The notes under the pieces are model-generated. The model saw nothing but the letters and a program-made list of their open reading frames with translations. It made no database searches and was not told the origin of the DNA. Shown one piece after another: positions 1-10,050 of a stretch of DNA of 64,000 nucleotides; position 1 is the stretch's first letter, and each line of letters opens with the position of its first letter. The DNA is from an uncultured delta proteobacterium. Lineage in GTDB: Bacteria; Myxococcota_A; Polyangia; Fen-1088. Location: positions 352,001 through 416,000 of the forward strand of contig CAVWIP010000010.1 of assembly GCA_963755125.1 (NCBI GenBank), written 5' to 3'. A program made the translations under genes and the position numbers.

Positions 1-682
1 CGCCAGCGTCGATCAGCTTGTGCGCAAGTGCCCGCTGCTCCTGGGCGGGTTTCTCGTCGGACTCCTCCCCCCAGTGCAGGAACAGCAACACGATGTCGGC
101 CTGTTTGCGTGCGCGTTTGATATCACGAATGGCGTCCTTGTCATCAAGCCAGGCCGTGCCGGGCGTCGAGGCGCCAGCCTCGAATGAACGGGGTGGGAAG
201 TCGTTGTATCCGAGGAAAGCCACCCGTCGGCCGTTGACCGAGCGTAGCAGGGGCTGGTGCGCAGCCCGCGCATTCGCGCCGGCGCCGAACCAGGGCAGCT
301 TGGCTTCGCGCAGGAGTTCGAGCTCGCTGGAAAACCCCTTCTTGCCCCAGTCGCCCGAATGGTTGTTGGCCAACGACACGGCCGATAGGTGTTTTTTGAG
401 CAACGGCAGAGCGCTTACCGGCCCACGGAAGGTGTAGGGCTTGTCGACCGCATGGCCCTCGTTCACGATGGCGCATTCAAGGTTGCCGACGGCAAGGTCA
501 GCGTCATGCAGCGCGGAGGCGACGCCCGCGAAGGGATCACCACCGATGGTGACAATGTGTCCAGGGCCGCCGTCAAGCATGATGTCGCCCACGAACACGA
601 TTCGCACGGTGCCCTCCTCCGCCTGCGCGGATTGTCCTGTGAAAAGCAGGAGCGCAAGCGCGGCAAGCGAGATGCGATTCAT
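1..682 (-). CDS. CapA-family metallophosphoesterase (poly-gamma-glutamate synthesis protein CapA-like), secreted; 3' end runs off the window
   Basis: Translated by hand (absent from the ORF track): MNRISLAALALLLF signal, then VFVGDIML, GNLEC, SLANNHSGDWG and FLHWGEE motifs typical of CapA. Confidence 0.88.
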   Translation of the reverse strand, partial: MNRISLAALALLLFTGQSAQAEEGTVRIVFVGDIMLDGGPGHIVTIGGDPFAGVASALHDADLAVGNLECAIVNEGHAVDKPYTFRGPVSALPLLKKHLSAVSLANNHSGDWGKKGFSSELELLREAKLPWFGAGANARAAHQPLLRSVNGRRVAFLGYNDFPPRSFEAGASTPGTAWLDDKDAIRDIKRARKQADIVLLFLHWGEESDEKPAQEQRALAHKLIDAG

Positions 683-794
683 GGCCCAAGCGTAGCCGTG
701 GCGGCCGGTGCGCGAAAGCGAAAGTGCGGGAACCTCAGCGCCGTTTCGCCGGCATTGCCTTGCGGTGGCCCATGCCCGCGGATAACGTGGGTTC

Positions 795-1571
795 ATGAAG
801 AAGCCCAGGCGAAGTCTGCTGCTGGCCCTGCTGGCCGGCGCGGCCCTGCTGGTTGCCGGGTCGTACTTCGCGGCCCATGCGGCACCACGCCCGGTGGCGT
901 ACCTGACCTGGTACGGCCAGTCGTGCTTTCTGCTGGAAAGCGCGTCTGGAACGCGCGTGGTGATGGATCCGATTCCCGGCAACATCGGCTACCTGCTGCC
1001 TGCTGACCTGCACGCCGATGCGGTCACGGTCAGTCATGAGCACCCGGACCACAACAACGTGGCCCTGGTGCGGGGCAAGCCCAGGATCCTGCGCGGGCTG
1101 ACGCCCGACAAGAAGGGCTGGATGAAGATCGACGAGAAGGTCAAGGACATCTCCATCCGCTCGGTCGGCGTGTATCACGACGACAAGAAGGGCGCCCAGA
1201 TCGGCCTCAACACCGTGTTCGTGTTTGAAGTGGGCGGCATACGCATCGCTCACCTCGGCGACCTCGGCCACATTCTGACCGATGAACAGATCTCCGCCAT
1301 CGGCTCGGTCGACGTGGTGCTGGTTCCAGTCGGCGGCGTGTGGACCATCGACGCGCACAAGGCCACCGAGGTCGTCGATCAGATTCGCCCGCGTCTGGTG
1401 GCCATCCCGATGCACTACCGCACCGACGCGCTGACCATCAAGGAGCTGGCCACTGTCGACGGCTTCCTCGCCGGCCGATCCAATGTGCGGCGCGAAACCG
1501 GCGCCCGCCTCGCCATCACCGGGCTGCGCTCGCGCCCCTCGGCAGAGACCGTGGTGCTGCGTTACCAGTAG
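795..1571 (+). CDS. MBL-fold metallo-hydrolase with signal peptide
   Basis: WYGQSCFLL, SHEHPDH, HLGDLG and IPMHY motifs. Confidence 0.9.
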   Translation: MKKPRRSLLLALLAGAALLVAGSYFAAHAAPRPVAYLTWYGQSCFLLESASGTRVVMDPIPGNIGYLLPADLHADAVTVSHEHPDHNNVALVRGKPRILRGLTPDKKGWMKIDEKVKDISIRSVGVYHDDKKGAQIGLNTVFVFEVGGIRIAHLGDLGHILTDEQISAIGSVDVVLVPVGGVWTIDAHKATEVVDQIRPRLVAIPMHYRTDALTIKELATVDGFLAGRSNVRRETGARLAITGLRSRPSAETVVLRYQ

Positions 1572-1666
1572 AACGCACCCGGGATTCGGAGAAGCGGGGA
1601 GCGGTGTAGGTGCTCCGAATCCTAGGCTGCACTGACTTCCTCCCAGGCGTGCCATAATCCCCGGCT

Positions 1667-2977
1667 ATGCGGCGTCAATTGCTCTTCCCATCCCGAATCC
1701 TGCTCTTTGCTCTGGCCGGGCTGTGTGCCTTTGCCGGGGGCATGGTGGCCAGTCGACCCAGCAACGCGGGGCGGTTCGACCCGTATCACAAGTTGGGTGT
1801 CTTCACCAAGGTGCTTTCCTACATCGAAAACAACTACGTCGAGGACATCCCCGAGACCGAACTGATGTACGGAGCCGCACGCGGCCTGACCGAAGCCCTG
1901 GATCCCCACTCGCGCTTCATGGATCCCGAGGAATACGACCGACTGAAGAAGGAAACCGAGGGCGACGCCGAGATCACCGGCATCGGCATCGATCTGGAGA
2001 AGCGCAAGCGCGGCTTCGTGGTGGTATCGCCCATCGAGGGCTCGCCCGCCTTTCGCGCCGGCATCGAATCCGGTGACGTGATCGAGCGCATCGACGGCGT
2101 GGAGGCAGGGGCGCTCGACTGGACCGACGCGGTGGCACGCATCCAGGGCCCGGCGGGCAGCGAGGTGGTGATCACCATCAGTCGCCGCGGACGCGAGATG
2201 ACCTTCAAGATCCGGCGCGAGAAGTTCGAGGTCAAGGCGGTGGAATGGCGCATGCTCGACGCCGGCTACGGCTACATCAAGGTCCGCCTGTTCTCGGCCA
2301 TCACCGATGCCAAGGTTTTGGAGGGGCTGCAGGACATCCAGACACGCAGCGCCTCTGCCGGCGGCATCAAGGGCCTCATTCTGGACCTGCGCCACAACCC
2401 CGGTGGGCTGCTCGACCAAGGTGTCAAGGTGGCCGACCGCTTCGTCTCCGAGGGGCTCATCGTGCGCACCGTAGGCAAGGGCGGCAAGGAGATGGACCGG
2501 CAGATGGCGCACACGCGCGGCACCTGGCTGGGCTTCCCCATGGTGGTGCTGGTCAACGGCGCCACCGCGTCGGCGGCCGAGATCGTGGCCGGCGCCCTGC
2601 AAGATCACCAGCGCGCGGTGGTGATGGGCACGCAGACCTTCGGCAAGGGCTCGGTGCAGACGGTGATGACCATCGACGGCTGCGGGGCCAAGCCCTGCGG
2701 GCTCAAGCTCACCGTCTCGCGCTACTACACGCCCAGCGGCCGTTCCATCCAGAGCCAGGGCATCACACCCAACGTGGTCGTGGAGGCCACGGCACCGACA
2801 CCCGACGGGGGCGACGCCGAGATCGTCCGCGAGCGCAACATGGAACGCCACCTGCGCAACGAGCAGGGCGAGAAAGCCGAAGAGCCCAAGCGCCTGACGG
2901 ACCATCAACTGCAGGTCGCGCTTGACTACCTAAAATCGTGGACGGTTTTTTCGAAGCAATCTGTTAAAAAGGGTTAG
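1667..2977 (+). CDS. ctpA: S41 carboxy-terminal processing protease (PDZ + S41)
   Basis: LDPHS, GIGI, DLRHNPGG, TASAAEI and TFGKGSVQ motifs. Confidence 0.93.
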   Translation: MRRQLLFPSRILLFALAGLCAFAGGMVASRPSNAGRFDPYHKLGVFTKVLSYIENNYVEDIPETELMYGAARGLTEALDPHSRFMDPEEYDRLKKETEGDAEITGIGIDLEKRKRGFVVVSPIEGSPAFRAGIESGDVIERIDGVEAGALDWTDAVARIQGPAGSEVVITISRRGREMTFKIRREKFEVKAVEWRMLDAGYGYIKVRLFSAITDAKVLEGLQDIQTRSASAGGIKGLILDLRHNPGGLLDQGVKVADRFVSEGLIVRTVGKGGKEMDRQMAHTRGTWLGFPMVVLVNGATASAAEIVAGALQDHQRAVVMGTQTFGKGSVQTVMTIDGCGAKPCGLKLTVSRYYTPSGRSIQSQGITPNVVVEATAPTPDGGDAEIVRERNMERHLRNEQGEKAEEPKRLTDHQLQVALDYLKSWTVFSKQSVKKG

Positions 2978-3020
2978 CTTCGCGACGCCGACCGCGCCGC
3001 ATCAACAAAAGGAGAGCACC

Positions 3021-4094
3021 ATGGTTTCCTGTGCAAAGTGCGGGCACCAGAATCTTCCCAGTTCCATCACTTGCTCCAAGTGCGGTGCTCCGCTGCCCGT
3101 CGCGGTGGCCCCGGCTGGACCGCCGACCATCGACAGCGTGGATGAGTATGCGCGCCTGATGGCGGTGCGCGAGGCGGCCCGCAAGCGCAACCGGATGATC
3201 GGGGTGACCATCGCGGTCGTCGTGGTGGTCGTGTTGGGGTACCTGCAAATGAAGGAACGCAACCGCAAGGCGGTCGCGCAGCAGAAGCTGGACTACGCCG
3301 CGCAGTTCGTCGAGTTGGAGAAGCGCGAGACCGGCGCGTTCTGGAACTGCGTGATGGCCAGTGAGGTTGACGTGGGCATGTTCCAGAAGGCCGAGCAGTT
3401 CCAGCAGCGTATCGAGTCGGCCTACTTCACCCAGCAGAAGACCTTTTCCGACTACCTGACTACCGAGTGCGTGCCCAAGATCGAGCGTGCGCGCCAGGCC
3501 TTCGGTGGGCTGCGCGACGCCCCGGCTGAACTTCAGGGTCCCATCGACAAGTACCGCGAAACCCTGCCCAAGTTGCAGTCGGGCCTGGAGGACTACGCCG
3601 AGAACATCAAGAAGCGCGGCACGGTCAAGGACGTTGACCAGCTCATCCAGGAAACCGGCAACGCCTGGCACTCGACCCCGGACCCCACGCCCGAAGCAGT
3701 GGCTTTCGAGAAGTTCCTCTACTGCGCGGTGCCGGGTCTGGCCAAGATGAAGGATGCCCAGGCGCTGCTTGAGTTCCTCGCCGACCAGTGCTTCAAAAAG
3801 GATCCGGTGGCGTTCATGGACAAGGTGCGCGCCGACTGCGGCAATCTGCTCAATGTTGCGGACAAGGAAGCCAAGGTGAATCCGAAGTCGATCCCCACCT
3901 GGAAGGCCACCCACAAGCAGTTCTTCGAGGACGATGCGCGACAGCTTCAGGCCTGGGAGAGCTGTGGCAAGCGCTCGCGCAAGGGCAAGAAGAAGGAAGA
4001 TCTGGAGAACTTCCTGCTGACCGTCAACGACTACATGGCAGCGCGCGCGGGCGTGGCCAACGCGGCCCGGTCAATACAAGAAGGGGCAAAGTAA
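3021..4094 (+). CDS. Zinc-ribbon bitopic membrane protein of unknown function
   Basis: N-terminal CAKCG...CSKCG, one TM helix, helical Cys-containing C-terminal domain; AGGAG RBS. Confidence 0.8.
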   Translation: MVSCAKCGHQNLPSSITCSKCGAPLPVAVAPAGPPTIDSVDEYARLMAVREAARKRNRMIGVTIAVVVVVVLGYLQMKERNRKAVAQQKLDYAAQFVELEKRETGAFWNCVMASEVDVGMFQKAEQFQQRIESAYFTQQKTFSDYLTTECVPKIERARQAFGGLRDAPAELQGPIDKYRETLPKLQSGLEDYAENIKKRGTVKDVDQLIQETGNAWHSTPDPTPEAVAFEKFLYCAVPGLAKMKDAQALLEFLADQCFKKDPVAFMDKVRADCGNLLNVADKEAKVNPKSIPTWKATHKQFFEDDARQLQAWESCGKRSRKGKKKEDLENFLLTVNDYMAARAGVANAARSIQEGAK

Positions 4095-4126
4095 GGGCGA
4101 CCCGGGGTCGCCCTGGTTGCTCCTAC
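4091..4126. repeat. GTAG-type REP-like palindrome / bidirectional terminator between convergent genes
   Basis: GTAAGGGCGACC-CGG-GGTCGCCCT-GGTTGCTCCTAC; 9-bp perfect stem at 4094-4114. Confidence 0.6.
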
Positions 4127-4674
4127 ATCTGCCGCACGTCCACCCATCGCATGCCGGCGCGGCGGGCGGCCTGCAGGCCCAAGTCCGTGTCCTCGTAGAC
4201 AGTGCAGGCCGCGGGATCCACGCCCAGTCTCCGCGCGGCTTCGAGAAACACATCGGGCTCTGGCTTGTGCTGGCGGGTATCCTCTGCCGTGACCACGACG
4301 GGGAACCAGTCGAGCACGCCGATCTGAGCCAGGGTCTTCTCGACCATGCGGCGCTGGCCGCCCGAGGCCACGGCCATGGGTACCTGGCCGCGGTGGGCGC
4401 GCGCAACCTCCACCACCTTCGCGATGGGTCGGACCTCGCTGATCTTGCGCTCGAACGCCGCCGCCTTGTCGCGCACCAGCGCGTTCACGTCGATTCGCGT
4501 GGGGCCACACAGCTCGACCACGATCTTGTCCGTGGGCATGCCGCCCATGGCGTGGAAGCGATCCTCGGGAAAGTCGATGCCATGTGGCCGCAAGACCTCA
4601 AGCCAAGCCTGGTAGTGGGCCGGCATGGTGTCGGCCAGGGTTCCGTCGCAGTCGAAGATGAGAGCCTGAGTCAC
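4123..4674 (-). CDS. HAD-family phosphatase (YqaB / beta-phosphoglucomutase-like)
   Basis: FDCDGTL, KPEPD and YEDT motifs. Confidence 0.92.
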   Translation of the reverse strand: MTQALIFDCDGTLADTMPAHYQAWLEVLRPHGIDFPEDRFHAMGGMPTDKIVVELCGPTRIDVNALVRDKAAAFERKISEVRPIAKVVEVARAHRGQVPMAVASGGQRRMVEKTLAQIGVLDWFPVVVTAEDTRQHKPEPDVFLEAARRLGVDPAACTVYEDTDLGLQAARRAGMRWVDVRQM

Positions 4675-4801
4675 AGCCCTGTCTCATAGCATCTGCGGAC
4701 GCTCGGCGCTCCGTGATGTGCGAGCGCTGGTTTCCGACCCGCGCTTGACGTCGGGGAGCGGGTGTCTACCACTTGTACAGACAAACAAGGAGGAAACGAA
4801 A

Positions 4802-5284
4802 ATGGCAACTCTCATTGTAAGAAACCCGTCGACTGTTTCCACGCGAAGCCGAACCGACGAATGGGCCTGGGATCCGTTCCTCTCCATGCGTGAACTTCTG
4901 GGATGGACACCCTGGACTGCTGCCGACCTGCCGCCAGCAGCGGAGCAGAGTTTCGTGCCACGCTTCGATGTGCATGAAACTGCTGGCGAGATCGTGTTCC
5001 GCGCGGATCTTCCCGGCATCCAGCAGAAGGATCTGGACATCACGCTCACGGCAAATCAGCTACGCATCGCCGGTCGGCGCGAGGCAACGAAACACGAGGA
5101 GAACGAGCACAGCTACCTCGCCGAGCGCGAATACGGCGCCTTCGAGCGCGTCTTCACCCTGCCCGAGGGCGTTGACGGCGAGAAGGTCCAGGCCACCATG
5201 AACGACGGCGTCCTCAGCCTGGTGGTTCCCAAGAAGCCCGAGACCCAGCCGCGTCAGATTCCTATTACCGTCCCAAAAGCGTAA
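4802..5284 (+). CDS. Hsp20 / alpha-crystallin small heat-shock protein
   Basis: ADLPG, EREYGAFERVFTLP and DGVLSLVVPK motifs; AAGGAGG RBS before ATG 4802. Confidence 0.93.
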   Translation: MATLIVRNPSTVSTRSRTDEWAWDPFLSMRELLGWTPWTAADLPPAAEQSFVPRFDVHETAGEIVFRADLPGIQQKDLDITLTANQLRIAGRREATKHEENEHSYLAEREYGAFERVFTLPEGVDGEKVQATMNDGVLSLVVPKKPETQPRQIPITVPKA

Positions 5285-5355
5285 TCGGGCGTATTCGGTC
5301 CTGGCTTGCGGCTTTGTCATTGACCGGCTCGGAGAAGGCGCGCTAGGACGCCGAC

Positions 5356-6408
5356 ATGAAGATCGGCTTGGTCGGATTTCCCGGCAGCGGAAAGACAACA
5401 GTGTTCAATGCCCTGACCGGGCTATCCGCGGAAACCGGATACGGCGCTGCCCGCGGCAAGACCAACCTGGGGGTGGTCAAGGTTCCGGACGCGCGCGTCG
5501 ACGCCTTGTCGGACCTGTACAAGCCCAAGAAGACCACCTACGCCGAAATAGCTTTTTCCGATGTTGCGGCGGCGCCGGCCGGTGGCGAGGGCCAGGGGCT
5601 GGACGAGAAGACCCTGGCTGCCATGCGCGAGATGGATGCGCTCTGCCATGTGGTGCGCGGGTTCTCCGGCCCGGAGGGCGAGGCGCCCCGGCCGCTCCAC
5701 GAAGCCAAGGACTTCGAGGTGGAGATGAATCTCGCCGACCTCATACTCATCGAGAAGCGGATCGAGCGACTGAAGAAAGAAAAAGGCAAAGCCGGCGAGC
5801 AAGAGTTGCTGGAAAAGCTAAAGGCGCAGCTTGACGGCGGGTTGCCCTTGCGGCGACTGCAGGGACTCGGCGCGGCCGATTTGGTCGCCATCTCCGGGTT
5901 CCGGTTTCTCACCCTGAAGCCGCTACTACTGGTGCTGAACGTGTCTGAGGCCGAGGTGGCCAAGCCGGCTCCGGCGGACCTGGAAGCGTACGCGCGCGAA
6001 TCCGGCCTGGGGCTTGTGGTGCTGGCCGGCGCCGTGGAAATGGACATCGCGCAGATGTCGCCGGAAGAGCAGAAGGAGTTCGTGGCTTCGCTGGGCCTGA
6101 CCGAGCCCGCGGCCGGGCGCTTCATCCGGGCAGCCTACGCGCTCATCGATCTGATCTCGCTGCTGACCGCAGGCGAGGACGAGTGCCGGGCCTGGCCCAT
6201 TCGCGCCGGAACCACCGCGCAGAAGGCCGCGGGCAAGATCCACTCCGACATCGAACGCGGTTTCATCCGCGCCGAGGTCATGCGCTGGGACGACCTCTGC
6301 AAGCTGGGCAGCGAAGCCAAGTGTCGCGAAGCCGCCAAGCTGCGCTTGGAAGGCAAGGAGTACGTGGTCGCCGACGGAGATGTGATCAACTTCCGTTTCA
6401 ATGTGTGA
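5356..6408 (+). CDS. ychF: Obg-family ATPase YchF
   Basis: [26 protein letters not shown] and [11 protein letters not shown] (TGS domain). Confidence 0.93.
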   Translation: MKIGLVGFPGSGKTTVFNALTGLSAETGYGAARGKTNLGVVKVPDARVDALSDLYKPKKTTYAEIAFSDVAAAPAGGEGQGLDEKTLAAMREMDALCHVVRGFSGPEGEAPRPLHEAKDFEVEMNLADLILIEKRIERLKKEKGKAGEQELLEKLKAQLDGGLPLRRLQGLGAADLVAISGFRFLTLKPLLLVLNVSEAEVAKPAPADLEAYARESGLGLVVLAGAVEMDIAQMSPEEQKEFVASLGLTEPAAGRFIRAAYALIDLISLLTAGEDECRAWPIRAGTTAQKAAGKIHSDIERGFIRAEVMRWDDLCKLGSEAKCREAAKLRLEGKEYVVADGDVINFRFNV

Positions 6409-6449
6409 GAGGCTGGCCGGAGCCCAAAGGCCTCGACCACATCCGGTTA

Positions 6450-6463
6450 ATGGTGTACAACAT
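6450..6463 (+). promoter_or_regulatory. Putative Phd/YefM operator palindrome overlapping the -10 element
   Basis: ATGGTGTACAACAT with a TGTACA core (the Phd/YefM operator hexamer), 4 nt before the antitoxin ATG. Confidence 0.6.
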
Positions 6464-6467
6464 AGGC

Positions 6468-6728
6468 ATGACCAAGGTTTCCACGGCCGCTGCGCGCAAG
6501 CGATTCTCTGACGTGGTCAATCGCGCGTCCTATGCCAAAGAACGGGTGGCCCTGACCCGCTACGGCCACACCATGGCCGCCATCGTGCCGGCGGAAGACC
6601 TGGATTTGCTCGAAGCCATGGAAGATCGCATCGACGCCCAGGACGCGCGCAAGGCGCTGGCTGAAATGAAGGCCAAGGGCGACAAGCCGATCCCGTGGGC
6701 CAAGGTCAAGAAGCGACTCGGGCTGTAG
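6468..6728 (+). CDS. Phd/YefM-family antitoxin
   Basis: [20 protein letters not shown]...RVALTRYG...AAIVP; abuts the toxin gene. Confidence 0.9.
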   Translation: MTKVSTAAARKRFSDVVNRASYAKERVALTRYGHTMAAIVPAEDLDLLEAMEDRIDAQDARKALAEMKAKGDKPIPWAKVKKRLGL

Positions 6729-7151
6729 GTGGCGCGCTATTCCGTCCAGCTTGCCCCCAGCGCAGAGCGCGACTTGTCCGCGCTGGACAAGCCCGTTCAG
6801 CGCCGCGTGGCTGCCCGGATCGACGCTCTGGCCGAGAACCCGAGGCCGGCGGGTGTGACCAAGCTACAAGGCGAGGCGAACGCGTGGCGCATCCGCGTGG
6901 GCGACTACCGCATCCTGTACACCATCGAGGATCGCCGCCTGGTGGTTTTGGTGATCAAGATTGGCCACCGGCGAGAGGTGTACAGGTCAGGGCAGCGGTC
7001 GAAAGTCCGAAGGTCGAAGCGACCACGCGCACCTGACCGAGGCGCGTGTCTTGCCCCGCTAACCCTACCCCTTGATGGTCTTCATTCTGCGCCACAGGGT
7101 GGTGGGACTGATGCCAAGCGCGGCGGCGGCGCGCGTGCGGTTGCCTCCTGA
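6729..7151 (+). CDS. RelE/ParE-family toxin with an apparent C-terminal read-through extension
   Basis: KLQGEANAWRIRVGDYRILY...IGHRREVYR, then about 54 extra aa overlapping the convergent gene. Confidence 0.88.
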   Translation: MARYSVQLAPSAERDLSALDKPVQRRVAARIDALAENPRPAGVTKLQGEANAWRIRVGDYRILYTIEDRRLVVLVIKIGHRREVYRSGQRSKVRRSKRPRAPDRGACLAPLTLPLDGLHSAPQGGGTDAKRGGGARAVAS

Positions 7152-8675
7152 TTCGGCCAGCACAGCGCGGATATGTTCCCTTTCAACCTGATCAAGCGAA
7201 CGCGGCCCCGCGCCGTGCCCAGGACGCGCCTCGGTGCCAAGCACAATGTTGGACGGCAGAAGCTCGGGCGTGATGGCGCCGCTGCGCGAGAGCACGGCCG
7301 CGTGCTCGATGGCGTTCTCCAGCTCGCGCACATTGCCGGGCCAGGCATAGGCTGAAAGCGGGTCGATGGCGGTGGCGGCCAGGCGCAGATTGGGCATTTT
7401 CAGCTTCACCCGCAGTCGCTCCACGAAGAAACGCGCGAGCGGCAGGATGTCTTCCTTCCGCTCGCGCAAGGGTGGGATCGCGATCTCGATGACTCGTAAG
7501 CGATAATAAAGGTCTTCACGGAACGCGCCTTTGCGCATGGCCTCGGCCAGGTCGCGGTTGGTGGCGGCCAGGATGCGCACGTCGATCTTGCGCGTCCGGC
7601 TCTCGCCCACGCGCCGGATCTCGCGTTCCTGCAGCACGCGCAATAACTTGACCTGCAGGGCGTGCGAGATCTCGCCGATCTCGTCGAGAAAGAGCGTTCC
7701 GCCCGCGGCCTCTTCGAAGAGCCCGGCGTGATCGCCGGTGGCGCCGGTGAACGCGCCCGCCTTGTGGCCGAACAGTTCCGAATCGAGCAGGGTTTCCGGC
7801 AGCGCCCCGCAGTTGATGCCCAGAAAGGGCCCCCGACTGCGTTGCGAGCGCGCGTGGACCAGCCGCGCCACCACCTCCTTGCCCACGCCGCTCTCTCCGG
7901 TGATGAGCACCGATGAATCAAAGGGCGCTATGCGCGTGGCCAGATCCAGAACCGCCGCGAAGGCCTTGCTGCGCACCTCAACCAGCGGTGGCCGCTCCAG
8001 CGTGGTCAGCCGCTCGGTGCTGCGCTGCAATTCTCGCGTCACCCGGTGCAGCTCCTCAGTCAGACTTTGAATCTTCCCTTTGATGTCGGCGGCCTGGAAG
8101 TAGGGCAGGTGCGGGTTGATCTCCCCGCCCCACGACGCCCGGTCCTTTCCCACGGCCGTACACACGCGCTCGCCCATCGCGCGACAGCGCTGCTCCACGA
8201 AGTACACGTCGTGGCCCAGGGCAAACGAAATGAAGCCGCTGGCGTAGCCGGCCAGCATCCAGCACGACGGGTGCGATGCGCGACCAAACACCGCCACGTG
8301 CTCCTCGGCCTCGGCCGAGCCGTGCCAGGCCACATCCATCTCGAAGCGGCCAGCAACCTGATCCACATCCAGTTTCTTGGTCACCCAGCGCGCCACACCC
8401 TGCAGGGCGTGCAGGCGCGGCCCGGCCTTGACCAGATCGACCACGCTGTCCCACCTGAACACCCGGCGCATGGCCGCGGCGTCGGCCTGACCCCAGAAGT
8501 AGGCGAAACGGGTCAGGATGCGCCGGGCCTGCGCGGGCCCCACCATCTCGAAGAGATCCTTGCGAAACTGGGCAAAGGCGTCGGTGCTGTGCAGGACCAG
8601 CCGGCGGCCCTGGAAGTCGATGGCGCCATCGCGAAATTCCAGCAGTTCGTCCCGCTTCAGGTCTTCGACTCGCAT
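7065..8675 (-). CDS. Sigma-54-dependent activator, XylR/DmpR type (XylR_N + V4R + AAA+ + Fis HTH)
   Basis: [10 protein letters not shown]...[12 protein letters not shown] (V4R), [31 protein letters not shown]-terminal HTH. Confidence 0.94.
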   Translation of the reverse strand: MRVEDLKRDELLEFRDGAIDFQGRRLVLHSTDAFAQFRKDLFEMVGPAQARRILTRFAYFWGQADAAAMRRVFRWDSVVDLVKAGPRLHALQGVARWVTKKLDVDQVAGRFEMDVAWHGSAEAEEHVAVFGRASHPSCWMLAGYASGFISFALGHDVYFVEQRCRAMGERVCTAVGKDRASWGGEINPHLPYFQAADIKGKIQSLTEELHRVTRELQRSTERLTTLERPPLVEVRSKAFAAVLDLATRIAPFDSSVLITGESGVGKEVVARLVHARSQRSRGPFLGINCGALPETLLDSELFGHKAGAFTGATGDHAGLFEEAAGGTLFLDEIGEISHALQVKLLRVLQEREIRRVGESRTRKIDVRILAATNRDLAEAMRKGAFREDLYYRLRVIEIAIPPLRERKEDILPLARFFVERLRVKLKMPNLRLAATAIDPLSAYAWPGNVRELENAIEHAAVLSRSGAITPELLPSNIVLGTEARPGHGAGPRSLDQVEREHIRAVLAESGGNRTRAAAALGISPTTLWRRMKTIKG

Positions 8676-8686
8676 GATGCACCCGC

Positions 8687-8723
8687 TATTTCAATCTGAA
8701 ATAAGAATATTTCAAGTTGAAAT
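8687..8723. promoter_or_regulatory. Tandem palindromic activator-binding sites (UAS)
   Basis: ATTTCA-ATC-TGAAAT (8688-8702) and ATTTCA-AGT-TGAAAT (8709-8723), centres 21 bp apart. Confidence 0.8.
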
Positions 8724-8766
8724 GACAGCCGGGGTGGCAAACGAGGAAACCCAGGTTTTGCGCGGC

Positions 8767-8782
8767 CGGCACGACGCTTGCT
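8767..8782 (+). promoter_or_regulatory. Sigma-54 -24/-12 promoter
   Basis: CGGCAC-GACGC-TTGCT, upstream of an AAAGGAG RBS and ATG 8812, divergent from a sigma-54 activator. Confidence 0.82.
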
Positions 8783-8811
8783 GTATCGAGAGCTCAAAAG
8801 GAGAACGCAGC

Positions 8812-10029
8812 ATGTACGATCTATTGAAAGGCAAGCTGGAAGGTTTGCAGGGCGAGTTGATGTCCTTCGCGCAGGCCCTCTTGCGCACGCGCAGCCTGAG
8901 CCGAGACGAATCGAGCGCCGCGACCCTGGTGGAAAGGCAGCTTCGCGCCCTCGACTTCGACACGGTCACCACCGACAGCTTCGGCAACGTGGTGGGCGTG
9001 TTGCACGGGGTGGAGGACGGCCCCAATCTACTGCTGGCCAGTCACATGGACACAGTCGAGCCAGCGGACGAGGCGGGCTGGCCGGGTACGCCCTGGAGTG
9101 GCCGCATCGAGGACGGCAAACTCCACGGTCTGGGCGCAGCCGACTGCAAGGGCGGGCTGGCGGCGCAAGTCTTTGCCGGCGGTTTGCTCAAGCGCAGTCT
9201 TCTGCCCCTGCGCGGAAACCTGATCGTGGCCGCCACCGTGGCCGAGGAAAACGGCATCTCGCTCGGCATGCGCGGACTGATCGAATTCACTTTGAAGGAA
9301 ATGGGGCTGCGGCCCGAATACGCCATCCTCGGCGAGCCGACCGACCTAGGCCTGTACTACGGCCACGATGGCCGCGCCGAACTGGACATCCGCCTGCGCA
9401 GCAACAACCCATTCCAGGTCGCCGACGCCGCGGAACTGGTGGCGAGCGGAATGGGTGACACCGATCCGGCGGCGGCCGTGCAAGCCATGCTGATGGGCAA
9501 GCCGCATTTCGAGGACAGCCACGGGCTCCGCTGCGCCACCATTGCGGTGGAACGTCGTCTCGGCCCCGAGGAAGCCGTCGACGGCATGCTGGGCCGCATG
9601 CGCCACGAGGCCGAGCGACTGGCCCAGCTGGCCGGCGCGGTCGAGGTCGAAGTGGCCGTGCGCGAGCGCGCTGAAACCATGCCCAGCGGCCTGGTCATGA
9701 AGGTCAAGCGGGTCACCCACGCCTGGAGCACGGATCCCTTCAGCCCCTTGCTCTCTCGCGCGCGCCAGTCGCTGGCGGCTGCGGGCTGCGCCGTGCGGCC
9801 GGGCAAGTGGAAGCTGTCGCGTCTGGGCATGGGCACATCCGGCAGCGTGCTGTCCAACGAGTTCCACATTCCCACCATCGGCTACGGCCCGGGCCGCGAG
9901 GAAGAGGCGCACAGCCAGGGCGAGTCGGTGGAGATCGCCAAGATCGTCGAGTGCACCTATGGAACCGCAGCCATGGCGCACGGTCTGGTGGGCATCCCGG
10001 TTTTCGGGTGGATCCCCGACGAGATCTGA
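8812..10029 (+). CDS. M20-family metallo-hydrolase (ArgE/DapE/YgeY-like)
   Basis: ASHMDTV, GLGAADCKGG, VAEE, GEPT and AHSQGE metal-ligand motifs. Confidence 0.9.
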   Translation: MYDLLKGKLEGLQGELMSFAQALLRTRSLSRDESSAATLVERQLRALDFDTVTTDSFGNVVGVLHGVEDGPNLLLASHMDTVEPADEAGWPGTPWSGRIEDGKLHGLGAADCKGGLAAQVFAGGLLKRSLLPLRGNLIVAATVAEENGISLGMRGLIEFTLKEMGLRPEYAILGEPTDLGLYYGHDGRAELDIRLRSNNPFQVADAAELVASGMGDTDPAAAVQAMLMGKPHFEDSHGLRCATIAVERRLGPEEAVDGMLGRMRHEAERLAQLAGAVEVEVAVRERAETMPSGLVMKVKRVTHAWSTDPFSPLLSRARQSLAAAGCAVRPGKWKLSRLGMGTSGSVLSNEFHIPTIGYGPGREEEAHSQGESVEIAKIVECTYGTAAMAHGLVGIPVFGWIPDEI

Positions 10030-10050
10030 CCTCGGCCACCAGGGCATGCC

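Noticed and set aside
1582..1622. 10-bp inverted repeat GGATTCGGAG/CTCCGAATCC
   Set aside because: Single copy with a 21-nt loop and no U-tract; probably an ordinary terminator or stability hairpin
4744..4773. Heat-shock sigma promoter before hsp20 (CTTGAC...CTACCACT)
   Set aside because: Plausible, but the -10 match is too weak to call
8518..8811. Upstream extensions given by the ORF track (8518, 10971, 45899, 48835, 61881 etc.)
   Set aside because: They overlap neighbouring genes or promoters; later starts have RBS, overlap or -10 support
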